This document shows positions 25,204 to 37,659 of a DNA stretch of 64,000 nucleotides, piece after piece; position 1 is the first letter of the stretch; each line of letters opens with the position of its first letter. The notes beneath the pieces are model-generated. The model was not told the origin of the DNA and ran no database searches. It saw only the letters and a program-made list of their open reading frames with translations. The DNA is from Octopus sinensis. Its lineage: Eukaryota. Made by a program: the position numbers and the translations under genes. Location of the stretch: positions 90,024,001 to 90,088,000 of the forward strand of contig NC_043000.1 of the NCBI RefSeq assembly GCF_006345805.1. Direction: 5' to 3'.

Positions 25204-25349
25204 TGATGAACAAACCATCTGCATTGTATATACATATGTATGTGTGTGTATGATATATATATATATAAATATACTATATAGTCTTTGACTATCTTTTCTT
25301 TCTCGCTGGACCGCTGGTAGCGGAGAATTTTTTGCTGCCCTTATATTTA

Positions 25350-25384
<35 letters not shown>

Positions 25385-25598
25385 TATCAAAAGGGAAATG
25401 GAATTTAATTAAATTTAAAATATTCAATCAAAATTTACATTTCCAGTGGTCTAACGTGCAAAAAATTTGTCAAAAAGACTATATATTAATTATACGATAG
25501 TGTAAAATTATACACGTAAGGAATCTACACCTAGGGTGAAGATTCAGCGCATTAGAGAGCCACAAAAATAATGGATAAGATTCGACAGGAACAAAAAT

Positions 25599-25637
<39 letters not shown>

Positions 25638-26843
25638 TATCATTATATTTTCTTATAATAGAGAATATATTACTCAATACTTGTGTAAAACGTGGAGGTA
25701 CATGGCCTAGTGGTTAGAGCAGTGGACTCGCAGTTGAGGGATCGCGAGTTTGAATCTCAGATCAGGCGATGTGTGTGTTTATGAGCGAAACACCTAAGCT
25801 CCATGCGGCTCCGGCAGAAGGTAATGGCGAACTTCTGCTGCTGACTCTTTCTCCACAACTTTCTCTCACTCTTTCCTCCTGCATCTTGCGGCTCACCTAT
25901 GATGGACCGGCGTCCTTTCTAGGTGGGGAACCTATATGCCAAAGAAACCAGGAAACTAGCCCTTATGAGCCAGGCATGGCTCGAGAAGGAACAAACAATA
26001 CTTGTGTAAAGCTTAATAATTTGGTCTAATTTTTCCATAAGGCCAGCAATTGAGGAAAAGAGATAGTCAATTACATTGCCCCTAGTGGTCAACTGATACT
26101 ATTTTGTCAACCCTGAAAGGTTGAAAGGCAAAGTTGACATTAGCAGCATTTGAACTCAGAACACAATGAATTTGTCATTATGCATTATTCATTTTGTTTG
26201 GCATGGTAATGATTCTGTCAGCTTGTCACTCTTAATTCATGGCAGTTACTATGGAGAAAAAGTTCTTATATGGTAAAAAGGTGTGAAAACACCATATCTG
26301 TCCAGTGCCCCCCCCCCCATCAGATTCCTTGACACATTTCTAGCTCTTTGGCTGTTATCAATGGGAAATACTAAAGAGAGGTAACTCTAGACTTTGGAAG
26401 TTGAAATATGTCACAAATATATTTTAATTAACCTAAAGTTTGCCTATGCCTACACACTGCTTTACACTGATACTGCTGAATATTAATTGAATATTAATTT
26501 TAATATATGTGTATTCCTGTTGATCATCTTGATATATATATATATATATATATATTAATGTAATTAGGATAAAATCATTATTTAATGATTTATTAGTGAC
26601 CAGCATACTAAAAATACCATAATGGTTATTTTATATTAAAATTATAATAAGGGTGTTGAATGATTACAACACCAGTCTGCTAGAAATAGACCCCAAATGG
26701 TCTATGAACCACTTAGATTATTACTCCACTACACAAGGTTTTATATATATATACTTTGTATGGAAATAACATCTTAGTATTTATTATATTTTTCATGGAG
26801 CTAATTTTAAGATGTAATTTTTTTTTTTAACCTTTGTATTCAG

Positions 26844-26984
26844 GGTTGCACAACATGGTTACCGAAATCCCTTTCCAGAACTGTGCAAGGTTTGACTTCA
26901 GTGCTTCTTTCTCTAAAGAAATGTCCAATGATTCGTTATCAAAACTCATCAGAAATGGCTCGGAGGTTAGCTGAAAATGTGCGG
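26844..26984 (+). CDS. VPS45: VPS45 exon 5 ([47 protein letters not shown])
   Basis: Acceptor TTCAG ending 26843; donor GTATGT at 26985. Confidence 0.95.
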
Positions 26985-29333
26985 GTATGTTTTCTTTTAA
27001 ATTGTGAACAAATGTGTTTAAGTGTTCATGAACATGTGGGCATGTGCATGTATCTGAATCTGAATGTACATACTTGTTTAAGGGCTTCACTTTTAAATTA
27101 TGTCATGTGTTAGATATATCTCATGCTTAATTACACCTCCAAATATATTTTATACAGCTCTGAATTACTTGGCATTTCTTAACTCAACTGCTATTCTCCT
27201 CACATATCGCATGTCCATACCAATGTGAGTTAACTTTTGCACGCTGCATTTATTTTTTCCTGTACCCAAATTTTCTCTCAGCTCACATATGTTCTGTCAT
27301 TCATGTATGATAACATTAATCTTCTCTTTCTTTCCGGTCTCCTCACATCTTCCACATTTGACACCCATGTTTTACTATTATGAAGCATCACTCTTTGTAC
27401 TCGAGTATCAGTTTGCCCTTCACTCTTATAGAGAACCCTTTTATTGACAAAAGAGGTAACTGCTCCCTGTATTATTTTCCAACTTATTCTTAGTCAGACA
27501 ACTATGCTTTCAAAACACCCACTTTCTCTGCTGACTATGCTATCTAGGTAACTGAAGCTATCAACTAATTATAGTAAGCTTTCTAATCATCAAACTTAAT
27601 TTCACAGGTGCTTTTACTGAAAACTATTCCTTCACATCTACATAACAGGTCTGTTATCTCTGTCAACCTATCTATGATCCGACTACACCTCTTGTATGAA
27701 ATTCTTATTTACTTCTTTTCTGCAAGTTAACCACAGCCACTTCTCTGCTAGCAGTAAAGTCCTCTCTTCATCCCTTCTAATTAAAACTTTCATATTTGCT
27801 AAGTTTATTTCAAATCCTCTTAATTCTAGGCTGGGCTGGCATGTTTGGTTTTCTAAATCTTAAACAGATTCAGCTATGAGAAGTAGATTATCAGCATACA
27901 GGATTTCCCATGGACAACTAGTCTGCAACTCCTTTATTATGGCTTGGAGAACTATGTTAAACGGCATTAACAGTTAAGAATGTATGTATGTGTGTGTGTG
28001 GTGGTGATGATGAGGATGAGCTGTGAGGGATGCCTTCTGGTACACTAAAGTCTTCACTGAACCCTTTGTTATTCCTCAAATTGTTGATAGCATTTCTGTA
28101 AATGTCTTCTTACCCAACTCATAAACCATTCATCTACACCTAGTTTTCTTAGCAACTGTCAGACTACAGAGTGTTGTACTTTGTCAAAGGGCCTCTCTAG
28201 ACGGATGAATGCTACATATAATGGCTTACTCTGAGCTAAGATATGAATATAATAATCATGTATAAAGTAATTGTATTCTTATTGCTTTTATCAGACAAAA
28301 TCATCATCATCACCACCACTTTTCTCCTTCTCCTCCCCATCCTCATTGTCAGTTTTATTTTGGGTGCTAAAAGTTTGTTCAGTCTACAGCACAGCAATGT
28401 CCCTTCATGTATTTTGATCTCATCTGTTCCAAATACCTTTTTCATGACGACTTTACCTTTAACATAGTTACTTTCCAGCACCAACTCAATTCACTGAAGC
28501 CTTTATGCTGTTGCTTGACTTGCTAGAAATAGCTACCAAATCTTCTTCATATATTTAGCATCTTAAAAACAAAACAGAACATATTGGACAATGTGGTTAT
28601 AATTATATTAAAGTATTTTCTATTATAATTCCATTCAAATCTAGGATATTTTATTAAAATATTAAATCAAACCTAGTAAATTAGTAAATTATTTTATTGA
28701 CCTCAAAAGGATAAATAGTAAAGTTAATCTCATAGGATTTGAAAGAGCTGTAACTAAATACCACAAGGATTTTGTCACATGCTCTAATGATTCTACTTTT
28801 TACTACAACAAAGTGATGCAGCACGAAATTTTGTCAGTGAACAGGTCGTGGTCTCAAAGCGCCAAAAATATTTTGACAAATTAAATTTAAATGTTGAAGT
28901 GAATCTAACGGTTTTTGTGTGTTTCTTAAATGGCTTATAAACACCTTCCATGCTGCAAAGTCAGAAAAATTATGAAGAAAATCGGTTGTATTTCTTCTCT
29001 TTTATATTTCCATGTTTTTCATGGTGACCTAAGGACTTCTTTACTTAACTATATTTCTAATGAAATACTTTGCTTTGTTTGAATTCTTCTAAAAAATAAT
29101 GAAGAATTTTGTAAAATAATATTGTCATTATTAAGCTTATGTTTGAAAAATAAAAGAAAATTTGGATGGAAAATTTTAAATTCAGATCACTTAAACACAG
29201 GAAACTTGTATAATAGAACCAAGAGCTATCTCAAGAATGTTGGTATCAAATGGATTAAGTGATAGACTTCAGTAAAACATTGTCTTTCATCATTTCATAT
29301 TTTGTAACTTCATTTTATGCTTTCCATTTACAG

Positions 29334-29444
29334 CAAGTCATCAATAAGGAAGCAGCTTTGTTTGAATTCCGAAAGACAGACATAACTCCACTGCTTCTTA
29401 TTTTGGATCGACGAGATGATGCTGTGACACCGCTTTTGAATCAA
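29334..29444 (+). CDS. VPS45: VPS45 exon 6 ([37 protein letters not shown])
   Basis: Acceptor TACAG ending 29333; donor GTATTA at 29445; Sec1-family LLILDRxxDxVTPLL motif. Confidence 0.96.
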
Positions 29445-31562
29445 GTATTATTTTTATTTTCTATTTTTTCTATATATATATATATATGATTAAGAAGCTC
29501 ACTTTGCAACTGCTGAACAGCACCTTGGGCAAGTGTCGTTTATTATAGCTCTGAGCTGATAGATGTCTTGCAAGTGAATTTGACAGAAATTGTGTGGAAG
29601 CCTGTCATGTACACGTACGCGCACGTGTGTGTGTGTGTTTGTCCTTACCTTCCACAGCTTGACAACCACTACTGGTTTGTTTACATTCCTATAACTTAGC
29701 ATTTTGACAAAAGAGACTGATAGAATAAATATCAGACTTAAAAAAAAACAATACTGGGGTCAATTTGTTTGACTAAGCCCTTGACTAAAGGCAGTGCCTC
29801 AGCATGGCTGTAGTCCAATGAGTGAAACTAGTAAAAAATTAAAAGATATATGTATATTTTATTTCGAAGTATACTGTAGCTGATGAGAAAAACATGCTAC
29901 AAATAATGAGGTCTGTTTATTTTATAGGAATTATTTAATTTTTACATTACATTTCCATATTTTCTCTCAGTTTCGAAATTCTTCAGTTTCATTTATTCTT
30001 GTTGAAGTAAAATATTTAATGATTTGAGGAAAGCAAGACCTTGTTTGTGTTGTACTCTGATCCATGAAGAAGCTTTCACAGAGTTATGCCTGCATAGAAT
30101 ATTCTGCTTTATCTCAGTAACCAACCACTTTGATTACACACTGTTTATCTTGCTACCATCTGGTGGATGTTTTTTGTACATCCAGGCCTTCACCTTAGGA
30201 TATTAGTCGTCTACAATTTTTTCCTATTCACATTTTTCTTGTAGACTATGCCTTGCACTCAGCATCATTATGGAATGCTATACAGTGGAGACAAGCACAG
30301 TTTGAACATGTGAATACGTAGTTTTTGTTTCATCATTTTTATGTCAAAACAAATATTTTCTGAGGAAAATCATTTGAAAGTTTTGGATGTGAACTTTCTT
30401 CTCATATAATTTTAATTAAAATCCAACAGTTACATATCATGTCAGGGTCACTCAAACATCCTGGTATTTCCATCATTTACAAAGTCCCACATGTGAGATT
30501 GACTGTTTGTGACATATAACAAAATAGGCTTTACATAAACCTGAAAAAAAAGGCAACTGCTATACCATAGTCACTATTAATTTGTGTAATTTGAAGATGA
30601 TTTTAACCTCAGTTTCAAAGATATGATGTCACAAATATGGCTAATTGGGCAAGATTTCAACCATTTCACTGATCACTCAAATTGTCATATTTCCTAAAAT
30701 ATTCATTCAAATTTCACAAATGAGGTATCAAACGCTTTCTTTTTTGCATGTTTTTCAGGAAAAAGTACAGTAGAAATTGCATTTAAATATTATCAAAAAT
30801 TCATTGTGATACCTACTTATTTAAATAAAATGCCAGCCTTATCAATCTTTAACAATCTTGGGCACATATACTTACTCCTGCCTAAATCAAAAAGAAACAA
30901 AATTTATGGGTGGGGAGCCTTAATTAAAATAGCACTAAACTCTTACAGTCTGTGTCAACCATAATAGGATTGAAACTTTAACCTCTCAAAATAACCAAGT
31001 AGCTTATGAATAATTCTATCTGTAAATCTGTACAAATACTGTCATTAAGACACTGGTACTTGTAGGTAGCTTGCAAGTAATCTGTGAGTTGAAGTGTTGT
31101 GTTAAATGATTAATCAAATCACTTAACTCTCAAATGACTTGGCTTACTTGGCCATAAGTGGGTAACCATAGGGAAGTAAAGTTTATTGCAGTTATCAGTG
31201 GGCATTCTATATTCCATGTAAGTGACAAGTGATTGTATGCTTGTATTGAGGTGTATAAATTAGAGAAGAATGAATGCTACCAGAATGATTTGCTCTTGGT
31301 AAACATGAAGACAATGTCATTAGTGCCACAAATTATATGACTCACTACTGGGAAGATATCACTTATTTTAGAAGTTTTGGCAAAATTCAGACTTAAGCAT
31401 TTAAATTTCCTTTAGTCCTTAACCTGTCCTGTGTATCAAATATAAAACACAGGACATATTCCCCATGCACCATACAACAATCTTTATTTAACTCTTTATT
31501 TACTGTTGAAATATTAGCTAATGTTTATTTTTTTCTTTATCTCTTTCTTTTGTTTACTATAG

Positions 31563-31697
31563 TGGACCTATCAGGCAATGGTTCATGAATTACTTTCCAT
31601 CAACAACAACAGAATTAATCTGTCGAGTGTACCTGGAATTTCACGTGACCTCCAAGAAGTAGTCCTTTCTGCTGAGCATGATGAATTTTACGCTAAT
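31563..31697 (+). CDS. VPS45: VPS45 exon 7 ([45 protein letters not shown])
   Basis: Acceptor TATAG ending 31562; donor GTAAGA at 31698; [10 protein letters not shown] motif. Confidence 0.96.
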
Positions 31698-31917
31698 GTA
31701 AGAGACTTTTAGCCCATAAACTGTTACCGATTTTGGTATTTCAGCTACTTAAAGCCATTATATATTTTATTTCTGTTTTTGTTTATTTAATTCTTCAAAA
31801 TACTGCCCTCTGGAATGGTAACCAGTTCTAACCCCTTGTGTAATTCTTTCCTCATCAGATGAACCAATGCTTCTTTAATGTATAAATTAGTACAATGTTG
31901 CTATTATTATCAATATC

Positions 31918-32104
31918 ATTCTTCTTCTTCTTCTTCTTCTTCTTCTTCTTCTTCTTCTTCTTTTTCTTCTTCTTCTTCTTCTTCTTCTTCTTCTCTTCTT
32001 CTTCTTCTTCTCTTCTTCTTCTTCTTCTTCTTCTTCTTCTTCTTCTTCTTCTTCTTCTTCTTCTCTTCTTCTTCTTCTTCTTCTTTCTTCTTCTTTCTTC
32101 TTCT
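31918..32104. repeat. (CTT)n microsatellite
   Basis: About 60 near-perfect CTT units. Confidence 0.97.
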
Positions 32105-32117
32105 TATTATTATTATT

Positions 32118-34131
32118 CAGTAGTTCTATTTTATAGCGTGCTTTCACTTCACTACCGAGCGCAGCTCTGTGTGCCTTGGGTATGTGCTGTGATTTGTTGT
32201 GATGCTCTGATGGTTATTGTATGGAAAGTGTTCTGCGTAGGATGTGTGCAGTGCCTAGTAGTGCAATTTTCTGTATGTTATATGTGTTTGTAAGTCCTGG
32301 TGTTTTTGTTATGTATTTGTCTGAATATTTTTTTATCATGCCTAATGCACCTACTATGATAGGAATTGTTTCTGTTTTCAGATTCCACATTCTAGTTACC
32401 TCTATTTCCAGGTCTTTGTATTTTGAGAGTTTCTCCATTTCTTTTAGAGACAGTTGTCATCTGCCGGTATTGATACATCAATTAGAAAGCATTTTTTTTC
32501 TTCATGATCTCTGACAACTATATCTGGTCTGTTGGGCTTAATTTCTCTATCTGTGTGTATCGGCATATCCCAGAGTATGGTTGCTTTCTCGTTTTCTGTG
32601 ACCTTTTCTGGTGTGTGCCTATACCATCTTTTTCTGTTGTTATTCCATAATGTTGGCATAGCTTCCAATGTATGTAGGTTCCAACTCTGTCATGTCTGTG
32701 AATATATTCCTTCTTAGCCAGGACTGGGCAGCTAGAGATAATATGATTTATTGTTTCTTGTCCATCTCCACATATTCTGCAGTTACTTGTAATATTTCTT
32801 TTCATTACATGTTTTTGGTAATTTCTGGTGGGGAGGCTTTGGTCTTGTGCTGCAATTAAAAATCCCTCTGTTTCTGCTTTGAGTACTGAGCTTCTCAACC
32901 ATTGCTGGGATTTTTCTTTGTCTATTTCTTTTGCGTTTAGTTTAGTGCAGTATTTACCATGAAGGGGTTTTTCTTGCCATCGTTTTATCATGGTTCGTTG
33001 CTGTTCTATTTTTAGTTTGGATTTCATTTGTTTTATAGCTTTTGTTGTTTCTTCATCATCTTCTTCTTCTTCTTCTTCATGTTTATTAGGTGGTATGATT
33101 TCTTGTTTGTATTTGTCAGCTTCCTTAAATACTGAGAACAGTTTTTTGTTTTGCTCGTGTTTTGCTGCTGGATCAGTTTTCCTTCCTTCTGAAGTAGATA
33201 TTTTTGCAGTCCTATGGCGGTTATTTTATAGTAGTTTTCCAGCTGTATAAGGCCTCTACCACCTTCTATACGTTGTATATATAGTCTTTCTATGTCAGAT
33301 TTTGGGTGATGCATCCTAGATCCTGTCAGTATTTTTCTTGTTTTCCTATCTATTTTGGACAGTTCATTTCGTGTCAGTTAAGGATATTGTAGCTGTAACT
33401 TATAACTGGGACAGCTAAAGTGTTGATACCTATTATCTTGTTTTTAGCATTGAGCTCTGTTTTAGTATTGATCTAACTCGTCTATAATATTCTTTTTTTA
33501 TTTTCTCTTTCATTTGTGTGTGTTGTGTCTTATCTAGTTCATGGATTCCTAAGTATTTGTAAGTTTGGCTTTGGTCTAATTCTTTTATTTCATTGGTTTT
33601 ATCTAGTGTGATGTTGTTACTCTTAACTAGTTTTCCTCTTTTCATGGTTACTTTGGCGCATTTTTCTAATCCAAATTTCATATCTATTTCTTTGGTAAAT
33701 CCATGAACTGTCTTTAATAGTGTTTCCAGCTGTTTGTCATTTGCAGCGTATAGTTTTAGGTCATCCATATATAAAAGGTGGCTGATCGTGTTGCCATAAC
33801 ATTTATATCCGCATCCAGTTCTATTTAGCATATCAGATAGAGGTGACAGTGCCAAGCAGAAAAGGAGTGGAGAGAGCGTGTCTCCCTGGAATATTCCTCT
33901 TCTAATGGGGATGTCTTTGGTTTTCATGAGTCCCTCTTTTGTTTGGAGGTGTAGGACTGTTTGCCATTTATTCATAGAGTGCTCTATGAATTTTATGATT
34001 GTTGGTGCTACTTTGTTAATGGCTAGTGTTTCGAGGATCCATGTGTGGGGGATGCTATCAAACGCCTTTTTGTAGTCAATCCAGGCCATACTGAGGCCTT
34101 TCTTCTTTCTGTGGCTGTCTTCAGTTACGGC

Positions 34132-34134
<3 letters not shown>
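32118..34134 (-). mobile_element. 5'-truncated R4/Dong-type non-LTR retrotransposon (RT, CCHC knuckle, restriction-like endonuclease), frameshifted
   Basis: RT motifs WIDYKKAFDS, GIFQGDTLSPLLF, LLYMDDLK; CRICGDGQETINHIISSC zinc knuckle; RPDIVV...LIDVSIP...EKLSKY PD-(D/E)xK domain; flanked by (TAA)n on both sides. Confidence 0.92.
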
Positions 34135-34175
<41 letters not shown>

Positions 34176-34458
34176 GCGAGTGAACTGGCAAAATTGTTAA
34201 TACACCAAACAAAATGCTTCATGGCATTTTCCTCTGAGGCTGACTTGGTCTTTCACCCTTTCAAGGTAGATAGAATAAGTACTAGTTAAGGATTGAGGGC
34301 AATGTAACTGACTTACTTCCTCCCTTCAAAATTCCTGGCCCTGTCCCCAAATTAGAAAGGATTACTATTATTATTTATTAACTCAGATTTTGTTGGAACT
34401 CCTAGAGTTTTGCATGTATAGCAAGCTTGCTGCCTGTAGCCTACAGTACCATGCTATC

Positions 34459-34575
34459 TGTTCTTTTCAACTATCTAATACTTTCCTGATTATTCTGATG
34501 GTGCAAAGGAAGCAAACCTTTTGTAACAGTTGTACTGGGCACTCCATTCTGATTTCCTTTATATTCCTCTTTATT
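34459..34575 (-). mobile_element. 3'-terminal remnant of a second RLE-type LINE
   Basis: IKEIRMECPVQLLQKVCFLCTIRIIRKVLDS* resembles the QKxxLLGTxxIxRxxL terminus of the adjacent element; preceded by (TAA)n-like tract. Confidence 0.55.
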
Positions 34576-35202
34576 ATTATTATCATTATTAGAAGCAAAA
34601 GAAGAAGATTGCCATTGTTATCAAGTGAATGATATTTCGACATCTTGTGTGTCTTCCACAGGTTCAAAAAATAAACTTGTCAATCCACTTCATTTTGGTA
34701 ATATTTATAGGATTGAGGTTACTCCTCCAGGTCATATAGAAGCAAAAAAAGAAGAGTGCCATTGTTATCTTTTTTATGGAAGAGTAGAGAGTAAGGAAAT
34801 AAGGAAATAGAGTTCACAGTTAATTTTTCAGAGGGTATGGATGTTAGTTCATATATCCTTAGGTAAAATCCAAGGTAAATCCAGATAGTATTACAGCAAA
34901 GTATGAGTAGTGTGTTCATAGCATAAATATCCAGGCAATATTTTGGCAGAAATGGGAATGGTGTGTTCATATTGAGATGGCTGGTTTGTGAGAGAATGAC
35001 CATAAAAGTGGCTATTGAGCAAAATGGAGTGAGAAAGAGAAAGCGAATAAGTGTGTGTGTGTGTGTGTATATGTGGATATATGTGGTAACACACACACGT
35101 GTTTGTGTGTGTGTTACCACTATTTCCATCTGATCTGTATTATTTACTATTGTTGTTGTTCAGTAATTTCATTTCATCTAAATTAATATCTTCGTTTTTC
35201 AG

Positions 35203-35313
35203 AATTTGTACATGAACTTTGGAGAAATTGGCAACAACATAAAACAACTTATGGAAGAATTTCAAAAGAAGTCTAAAGGCCATGCTAAAGTGGAATCAAT
35301 TGCAGATATGAAA
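35203..35313 (+). CDS. VPS45: VPS45 exon 8 ([37 protein letters not shown])
   Basis: Acceptor TTTCAG ending 35202; donor GTACAG at 35314. Confidence 0.95.
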
Positions 35314-35663
35314 GTACAGTTCATTTTTCTTATTGTTCATGTATTTTTATCTACCAATTTAATTAAATTTTGCTACAAAAAGCACTCAGTACCCTCTGTG
35401 AAGTGATTGATGTTAGGAAGGGAATCAGCTGTGGAAACTATGCCAAAGCAGGCAGATAGTGGAGCTTGACACTGCTCTCTAGCTTGTTTGTTCCTGTTGA
35501 ACCATCCAACCAATACCAGCATAGAGTAAGGGACACAAGTGATGATAATGGGGGAACTGTTTTGAATTGTTTTTACAAGAAGGTCTTTTGATTTTGATAA
35601 TTCAATCCCATAAATGGACACAGTTTGCTAGTTAAGATCAAGATATCCAAAGTATTGCAACTT

Positions 35664-36105
35664 TTAATCTTTTAACATTTAAACAAGCCATTTCTGATCA
35701 AAATGTTCTACTAGTTTCATGTTTAAGCAAGCCAGATCAGGTCTCTCACACTTATCCTACAATGCCATTCTAAATATAAAACAATCACAACATTGAAGTC
35801 TCAAAGTTATGAGACAATGCATGATTAATCAAAATGTGAATAAATAAACATTACATTTGACAGTGTAATCTGAATGCTAAAGGGTTAACCTCTAACATTT
35901 AAACCAGCCATATCTAACCAAAATATTCTACCAGTTTTATGTTCAAACCAACCAGATCAGGCCTCTTACACTTACCTTACTATGTCAATCTAAAAATAAA
36001 CAATCACATTATCATAATCTTGAACCTATAAGATAATATATGATTAATTCAAAACAATGTGAATAAATAAGCATTACATATGACTGAGTAATTTAAATGC
36101 TCAAG
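35664..36105. mobile_element. Tandem pair of piggyBac-like MITEs (about 220 bp; another copy at 59460-59641)
   Basis: Units bounded by TTAA and ending AAAGGG|TTAA (35885-88 shared); the 59460 copy has CCCTTT...AAAGGG ends with TTAA flanks. Confidence 0.6.
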
Positions 36106-36850
36106 TAATTTAAATGATGTATAGGTGCAAGCTTGGTTGTGTGGTTAAGACATTGGCTCTTCAACTATGTGATTTCAGGTTCAATCACTCATACAGCACC
36201 TTGAGCGAGTGTTATCTGCACTTATTATAAAGATTTTTTTGACCTCTGGCTCTGTATTTCTAGTACCCTTTCTTGCTTTGTAGGGCTCGTCGATATCCAT
36301 AATCTTCTAGAATGTTTCTTGTGGACATTCTGAACAGTTCCATCTGCTTCAAATTTATCTCCAATTTGAGTGATGATAAATTATATTTATGGCTCTGTTT
36401 GAAACTCCCTTCTAAACTGATTTTGCACTTTGACTGCATATTCAACTTTCAGTAGAACTTTAGGATAAATTTTTTCTTTGTTCAAAGCTTAGTCTGGTTT
36501 CCTTCAATATTTTTAATGAGTAAGGTGGCAAGCTGGCAGAATCATAAGCATACCAGGCAAAATGCTTAGCAGCTTTTCATCTGTCTTTACGTTCAAATTC
36601 TGTTGAGGCTGACTTTTCCTTTCATCCATTTGGGGTTGATAAAATAAGTACCAGTCGAGCACCAGGGTCGATGTAATTGACTGATCCTGCCCCACTCCCT
36701 CAAACTTGCTGGCTTTGTGCCAAAATTTGAACCCAATATTTCTAATGGGTTAAATCTAAAAAGAAATGAAAATTGAGTGTGTATGCATTTTTGGTATACT
36801 GTGTGTGTGTGTGTGTGTGAATATATATATATATATATACAACACAGAAT

Positions 36851-36901
36851 TTTGTCAGTGAACAGGTTGCAGTCTCAAAGCAACGAAAATATTTTGACAA
36901 A
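36851..36901 (+). ncRNA. Hammerhead-like motif with swapped G3:C8 core (most intact copy; decayed copies 28830-28880 + and 4254-4304 -)
   Basis: UUUGUCA-GUGAACA-G-GUUGC-agucucaaa-GCAAC-GAAAAUAUUU|UGACAAA: 7-bp stem I, 5-bp stem II, self-complementary stem III. Confidence 0.6.
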
Positions 36902-37042
36902 TTAAATTTAAATGTTGAAGTGAATCTAACGGATTTTGTGTGTTTCTTAAATGGCTTATAAACACCTTCCACACTGCAAGTGTTTTTGTTCCAACACATG
37001 ATCTCAGATCATGTCACTTGCTATGCAAGTACATCTCTGTAA

Positions 37043-37073
<31 letters not shown>

Positions 37074-37374
37074 TTATTTTATAGAAGGAGCTTCTACAGG
37101 ACTAGAACTGTTTCATTCAAATATTTTTATATATATACATACACACAAACACACACACCTTGTGTGAAAAACATGATCTGTCATGGGGAAATATTACTTT
37201 GTTTGGAAACAGGTGGGGTTTGGTGACAGGAAACATTCCAACTGTAAAAAAAAAAATCTACCTCAATAAATTCTGTTCAACCCATGTAAGCATTGAAAAG
37301 TTGACATGATGATGATCTTCCTATTCCACCATTGTTTATTTGCTTCATCTATCAATTACCTTCATGCTTTGCAG

Positions 37375-37542
37375 GCTTTTGTTGAGAATTACCCCCAGTT
37401 TAAGAAGATGTCCGGAACAGTTTCCAAACATGTTACTGTTGTAGGTGAACTGTCTCGTCTTGTTGGTCAGCATAACTTACTGGAAGTTTCTGAATGTGAA
37501 CAAGAGCTGGCTTGTCAGAATGATCATTCAGCTTCTTTACAG
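37375..37542 (+). CDS. VPS45: VPS45 exon 9 ([30 protein letters not shown]...[10 protein letters not shown])
   Basis: Acceptor TGCAG ending 37374; donor GT at 37543. Confidence 0.96.
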
Positions 37543-37659
37543 GTTTTGTACACTTTTATTGTTTTTCTTTTTAATATTTAATTTCTTTGCTTTTTATTTT
37601 GTAATTCTATTTTTCCGATTATCTATATATATTTATGTGTGTGTGTGTGTGTGTGTGTA

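Noticed and set aside
31800-31865. Minus-strand CUGAUGA-GG...GAACUGGUUA
   Set aside because: No pairing stem II and no GAAA core.
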